Below are positions 28,431-32,000 of a stretch of 32,000 nucleotides of DNA, piece by piece; position 1 is the first letter of the stretch; each line of letters starts with the position of its first letter. This DNA is from Candidatus Saccharimonadota bacterium (lineage in GTDB: Bacteria; Pseudomonadota; Alphaproteobacteria; Rickettsiales; Anaplasmataceae). A model generated the notes under the pieces. The model ran no database searches, was not told where the DNA came from, and saw only the letters and a list, made by a program, of their open reading frames with translations. A program made the translations under genes and the position numbers. Location of the stretch: contig NZ_CP092368.1 of assembly GCF_025021925.1 (NCBI RefSeq), positions 270,001 through 302,000 of the forward strand. Reading direction: 5' to 3'.

Positions 28431-30419
28431 ATGTCTTATCTTGGCAATATCTTCTTATCATCAGCATGTATGTTATGTTTAACATATTCTTTTGTACAAC
28501 CTATTTATTATCGAAGTATTACTAATACCATATTCGCTTGTTTATTAGGTGCAATGACAGTTTTAATGTATTGTCATATTACAAATGATTTTTTACTTGA
28601 AAATGTCTATTCTTATTCTCATACAACTAAGCCTTTAATCTATAAAATATGCGGCGTTTGGGGCAATAAAGAAGGTTCTATGTTGCTATGGGTGTTTATT
28701 CTTACTTTATATCTTCTGCTTATAGATATCGTGCTTCCTTCTTGTATAGATATATCACAAATATCTAGACAGAGTAATGGTATAATATACGAATACATAC
28801 AAAATTTATCTTTTAAAACACTATCATTAATAACTCATGGCATGATTTGCTTCTATTTTTTAATATTTGTGTTATTGATTTCTAATCCATTTATGAAAAC
28901 AATTCATATATACAAAGATGGATTGGGCTTGAATCCGATATTACAAGATTTCGGGCTTGCAATTCATCCTCCAATATTATATCTAGGTTATTTAGGATTT
29001 AGCGTGCCCTTTTCACTATCTATAGCGGGATTAATTAAGAATATTGAAGGAAAAATATGGGCAAAAATAGTTATGCCTTGGATGACTCTTTCTTGTGCAT
29101 TACTGACATTAGGTATTGGATTGGGAAGTTGGTGGGCATATCGTGAACTTGGTTGGGGTGGATTTTGGTTTTGGGATCCAGTAGAAAATATCTCCTTGAT
29201 GCCATGGCTGATTGCAGTCGCTACAACACATTTATTACTTATAGTACAAAAATTTAATCTTTTTAAGAATCTTGCCATTTTTCTTACTATTATCATTTTT
29301 CTTTTAAGTGTCATGGGAACATTTCTTGTACGCTCAGGAATATTACTCTCAGTACATACATTTGCACATGATGCAAAGTATGGATTATATATTCTACTCT
29401 TACTCATTATCATTACGATCAGTAGCATCATAATATTTTTAGTTTTTACTAGATGTTATATCACTGATTGTACAGGATATAAAACCAAAAAAATTAAAGT
29501 ACTTTTTTCTAAAATGACTTTAATTATAATGAATAATCTATTATTTATTACTGTATTTTTCATTCTTTTTATTGGAACGACATATCCTATAATACTTGAA
29601 TATTTCACAGGTGAGCGTATTTCAGTTGGTGCGCCCTATTATAATTCTTTATTAAGTCCAATAGCGTTGATCATTTTATTGTTCATGATCATGAGCCAAT
29701 ACTGTCATTGGCAAGAAAAAAGCATGATTTTTATCTTTCATGACTATAGATTCACATTCTGTATTATGTTATCTATCATACCTTTTATTTATCACATGAA
29801 AATAATCATTATATTATCAATGACTCTTTCACTAGGATTATTAGCATCTATTTTAGAATCATATAGTAAAAAGATTTCCTTATTCAAAAGATCATTTTAT
29901 CAGTCAATCCTTATCTCAAAACATATCTCTTGGTCTTACTATGCAATGATGTTAGCTCATGCTGGAATTGCAATTTTAATCTTTGGTATATCTGATATGA
30001 TAGGATGGCAAGAAAAAAAAGAACAGTATCTCAAAATAGGAGATAGTATTATGATAAATAAATTTAGAGTAACATTAAGGAATGTTGAGTATATACAAGA
30101 AAAACATTATCATGGTATTAGAGGGATATTTGATATTAAAGATTTATTAAATCACAAGATATTAGGTTATGTGACACCTGAATATAGAATCTATCTTGTA
30201 GAAGGTAAGAAAAATCTTGAAAGTAGCATTTATCATAATATTATGTATGATATTTATGTCGTTATTGGAGAGATTGATCATACTAGAAATAAAATAGCAT
30301 CTAAAGTATATTATAAACCAGGTATGTCTATAATATGGTGTGGCACTGCTATGATTACTTGTGGGTATTTAATTGTTACTTTTTTACCATTCAAGACACA
30401 CTATAGGATAAAAACTTAA
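28431..30419 (+). CDS. ccmF: Cytochrome c-type biogenesis heme lyase subunit CcmF
   Basis: 662-aa polytopic membrane ORF carrying the WWD heme-handling motif WAYRELGWGGFWFWDPVEN and conserved His residues (TLGIGLGSWW..., SVHTFAHD). No ccmE, ccmG or ccmH is adjacent. Confidence 0.93.
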   Translation: MSYLGNIFLSSACMLCLTYSFVQPIYYRSITNTIFACLLGAMTVLMYCHITNDFLLENVYSYSHTTKPLIYKICGVWGNKEGSMLLWVFILTLYLLLIDIVLPSCIDISQISRQSNGIIYEYIQNLSFKTLSLITHGMICFYFLIFVLLISNPFMKTIHIYKDGLGLNPILQDFGLAIHPPILYLGYLGFSVPFSLSIAGLIKNIEGKIWAKIVMPWMTLSCALLTLGIGLGSWWAYRELGWGGFWFWDPVENISLMPWLIAVATTHLLLIVQKFNLFKNLAIFLTIIIFLLSVMGTFLVRSGILLSVHTFAHDAKYGLYILLLLIIITISSIIIFLVFTRCYITDCTGYKTKKIKVLFSKMTLIIMNNLLFITVFFILFIGTTYPIILEYFTGERISVGAPYYNSLLSPIALIILLFMIMSQYCHWQEKSMIFIFHDYRFTFCIMLSIIPFIYHMKIIIILSMTLSLGLLASILESYSKKISLFKRSFYQSILISKHISWSYYAMMLAHAGIAILIFGISDMIGWQEKKEQYLKIGDSIMINKFRVTLRNVEYIQEKHYHGIRGIFDIKDLLNHKILGYVTPEYRIYLVEGKKNLESSIYHNIMYDIYVVIGEIDHTRNKIASKVYYKPGMSIIWCGTAMITCGYLIVTFLPFKTHYRIKT

Positions 30420-30483
30420 TGAGAGAATATATCAATAAATCTTTTTAAAAAATACAATAGATAATTGTTCTATTGAGAATAAT

Positions 30484-31347
30484 ATGTTATTGAGATTAAA
30501 ACTAGACAATCTAAATATTAAATTTAGTCAATATAAAAATATAGCTGTATTATTTAGCTCTCTGATGACTATCATGACATTGATATACTTGATATTACAA
30601 GGTATAATTTTAGGTATAGAATTAACAGGTGGTATTGTAATAGAGATACAGTCATCAGATAAGAATCAAGAAATTCTTGATATATTAACGGAAAATGGAT
30701 TAAAAGTACGTAGCACGCAATCAAATAATAATTTTAGTATATATTTTGCAAATACGGGACAAGAGAATAAAATTACAGAGATCAAAACTCTTTTAGAAGA
30801 ATCACTAGATGATGCAATAGATTATCGTAAAATAGATTGTATTGGTCCTCAAGTAGGCAAACAGCAGTTTGCTATAGGATTAAAAGCAATCTTAGCTGCA
30901 ATGATCGGAATATTTCTATATCTCTGGTTAAGATTTAATTGGAAATTTGGACTCGGAAGTATAATAGCACTTATACATGATATCTTACTATCTCTTGGTT
31001 TTATGAGTATTACTTTAATTGAATTAAACATTGCCTCGATTTCTGCATTACTGACTATTATTGGCTATTCAGTCAATAATTCAGTTGTAATATATGATAG
31101 GATACGTGAATACACTAGAATCAATCAAGATGGTAATATAGATGATCAAGTAGTAGATACAAGCATCAATACAACACTCACACGCACTATCTTTACTTCT
31201 GGTACAACTGTCATGTCTATACTTCCTTTATCATTAATGTGTACAGGTCCAGTAAGAGATTTTAGCCTAATTCTTATATTTGGTGTTTTGATTGGTGCTT
31301 ATTCTTCAATTTTTATATCTACTAATGTTATCACCCATATTCTGTAA
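30484..31347 (+). CDS. secF: Protein translocase subunit SecF
   Basis: 287-aa ORF with the SecF pattern LGIELTGG near the N-terminal TM and the six-TM C-terminal domain (ALIHDILLSLGF, IGYSVNNSVVIYDRIRE). No secD is adjacent. Confidence 0.9.
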   Translation: MLLRLKLDNLNIKFSQYKNIAVLFSSLMTIMTLIYLILQGIILGIELTGGIVIEIQSSDKNQEILDILTENGLKVRSTQSNNNFSIYFANTGQENKITEIKTLLEESLDDAIDYRKIDCIGPQVGKQQFAIGLKAILAAMIGIFLYLWLRFNWKFGLGSIIALIHDILLSLGFMSITLIELNIASISALLTIIGYSVNNSVVIYDRIREYTRINQDGNIDDQVVDTSINTTLTRTIFTSGTTVMSILPLSLMCTGPVRDFSLILIFGVLIGAYSSIFISTNVITHIL

Positions 31348-31505
31348 TAAATGAAAATCATCATTTTAATATGAATACAATATAGTAATCAAATATATTA
31401 TATCAAGTGAAATTGCTGAAGTGTTGAAGAATCACAAGTATCTTATTGTTTTAATACAATATTTAAGATATCCTTCATTCTGAGCGATATTAAGATTAAT
31501 TGTAT

Positions 31506-32000
31506 ATGTCAGAAGTCAAGAACCTCATTTTGGCAGTAATCTTTTCTATTTTAATAGTTTTATGTTGGCATATCATTTACAATCACATTCTTAATAAAGA
31601 CAAGAATAGTCTGTCTCTTGAGCCATATATTCAGCAAGTTGATTCTTATAATGATATTCCTAGTATAATAGAACAGAAACGTTCTGATATTATTCAATCG
31701 ACTATAGAACATAGGGCAAAATTTATGAATGATGTGGTTAAAGGTTCAATTTATCTCAAAGGTGCAAAATTCGACGACTTAGTGTTATCACATTATCATG
31801 TAGATTCTAATCTATCTTCTACACAGGTAGAATTACTGTCTCCTGAAAAATCACAAGATGTATATTTCGCTGAATTTGGATGGATATCTCCAACTGGAAT
31901 AATCATAGTACCAGATGCTAATTCAGAATGGCAGGTTGAACAACTTACTCTAACTGATCGTATGATACATTTATTTTGGGATAATAATAACGGCCTTATA
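31506..32000 (+). CDS. yidC: Membrane protein insertase YidC (partial; N-terminal 165 codons, continues past the right edge)
   Basis: The frame from the ATG at 31506 is open to the window end. It is not in the ORF track because it has no stop. My translation is MSEVKNLILAVIFSILIVLCWHIIYN... (N-terminal TM), followed by the periplasmic P1-domain pattern VVKGSIYLKGAKFDDLVLSHY...VELLSP...YFAEFGW, as in proteobacterial YidC. Confidence 0.8.
   Translation, partial: MSEVKNLILAVIFSILIVLCWHIIYNHILNKDKNSLSLEPYIQQVDSYNDIPSIIEQKRSDIIQSTIEHRAKFMNDVVKGSIYLKGAKFDDLVLSHYHVDSNLSSTQVELLSPEKSQDVYFAEFGWISPTGIIIVPDANSEWQVEQLTLTDRMIHLFWDNNNGLI

Noticed and set aside
1-32000. Search for CRISPR arrays, transposases or IS ends, integrases, phage genes, toxin-antitoxin pairs, restriction-modification or other defence cassettes
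   Set aside because: I recognised none. Every ORF of 100 codons or more that is not an antisense shadow is accounted for by a housekeeping, membrane-biogenesis, OMP or T4SS function, and the intergenic repeats are only 2-4 copies of 11-24 nt units.

Overview
Visibly AT-rich, gene-dense bacterial chromosome segment with standard code 11 (TGA is used as a stop). It looks like a reduced obligate-intracellular alphaproteobacterium of the order Rickettsiales, most likely Anaplasmataceae-like. Three things support that placement: an Msp2/P44/OMP-1-type surface-antigen beta-barrel, rvh-type T4SS genes virB9 and virB10, and scattered single genes from operons that are normally intact (sdhB, nuoE, secF, gatA, rpsP). 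I support 26 protein genes: sdhB(partial), ybeY, pth, rplY, mtaB-like, omp, gyrB, gatA, pgpA, gpsA, nuoE, tgt, rpsP, ispB, grpE, trpS, ubiA, rbfA, infB, nusA, virB9, virB10, prmC, ccmF, secF and yidC(partial). Two RNA genes are missed or masked by the ORF track: RNase P RNA (minus strand, 12970-13312) and tRNA-Leu(GAG) (24462-24551). I see no transposase, integrase, phage gene, CRISPR array, toxin-antitoxin pair or other accessory cassette, and I cannot honestly point to a new multi-gene system. The most unusual locus is an intact virB9-virB10 pair cut off from virB8, virB11 and virD4. Its VirB9 carries a lipobox, and its VirB10 has a large low-complexity insert where the outer-membrane antenna lies. 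Other points worth a second look are eight ORF-free spacers of 200 bp or more (about 4.5 kb, roughly 14% of the window, by my coordinates), short tandem repeats (one in frame in grpE), and an Msp2-family OMP with a long N-terminal extension. All homology calls come from reading motifs by eye; no database search was run.
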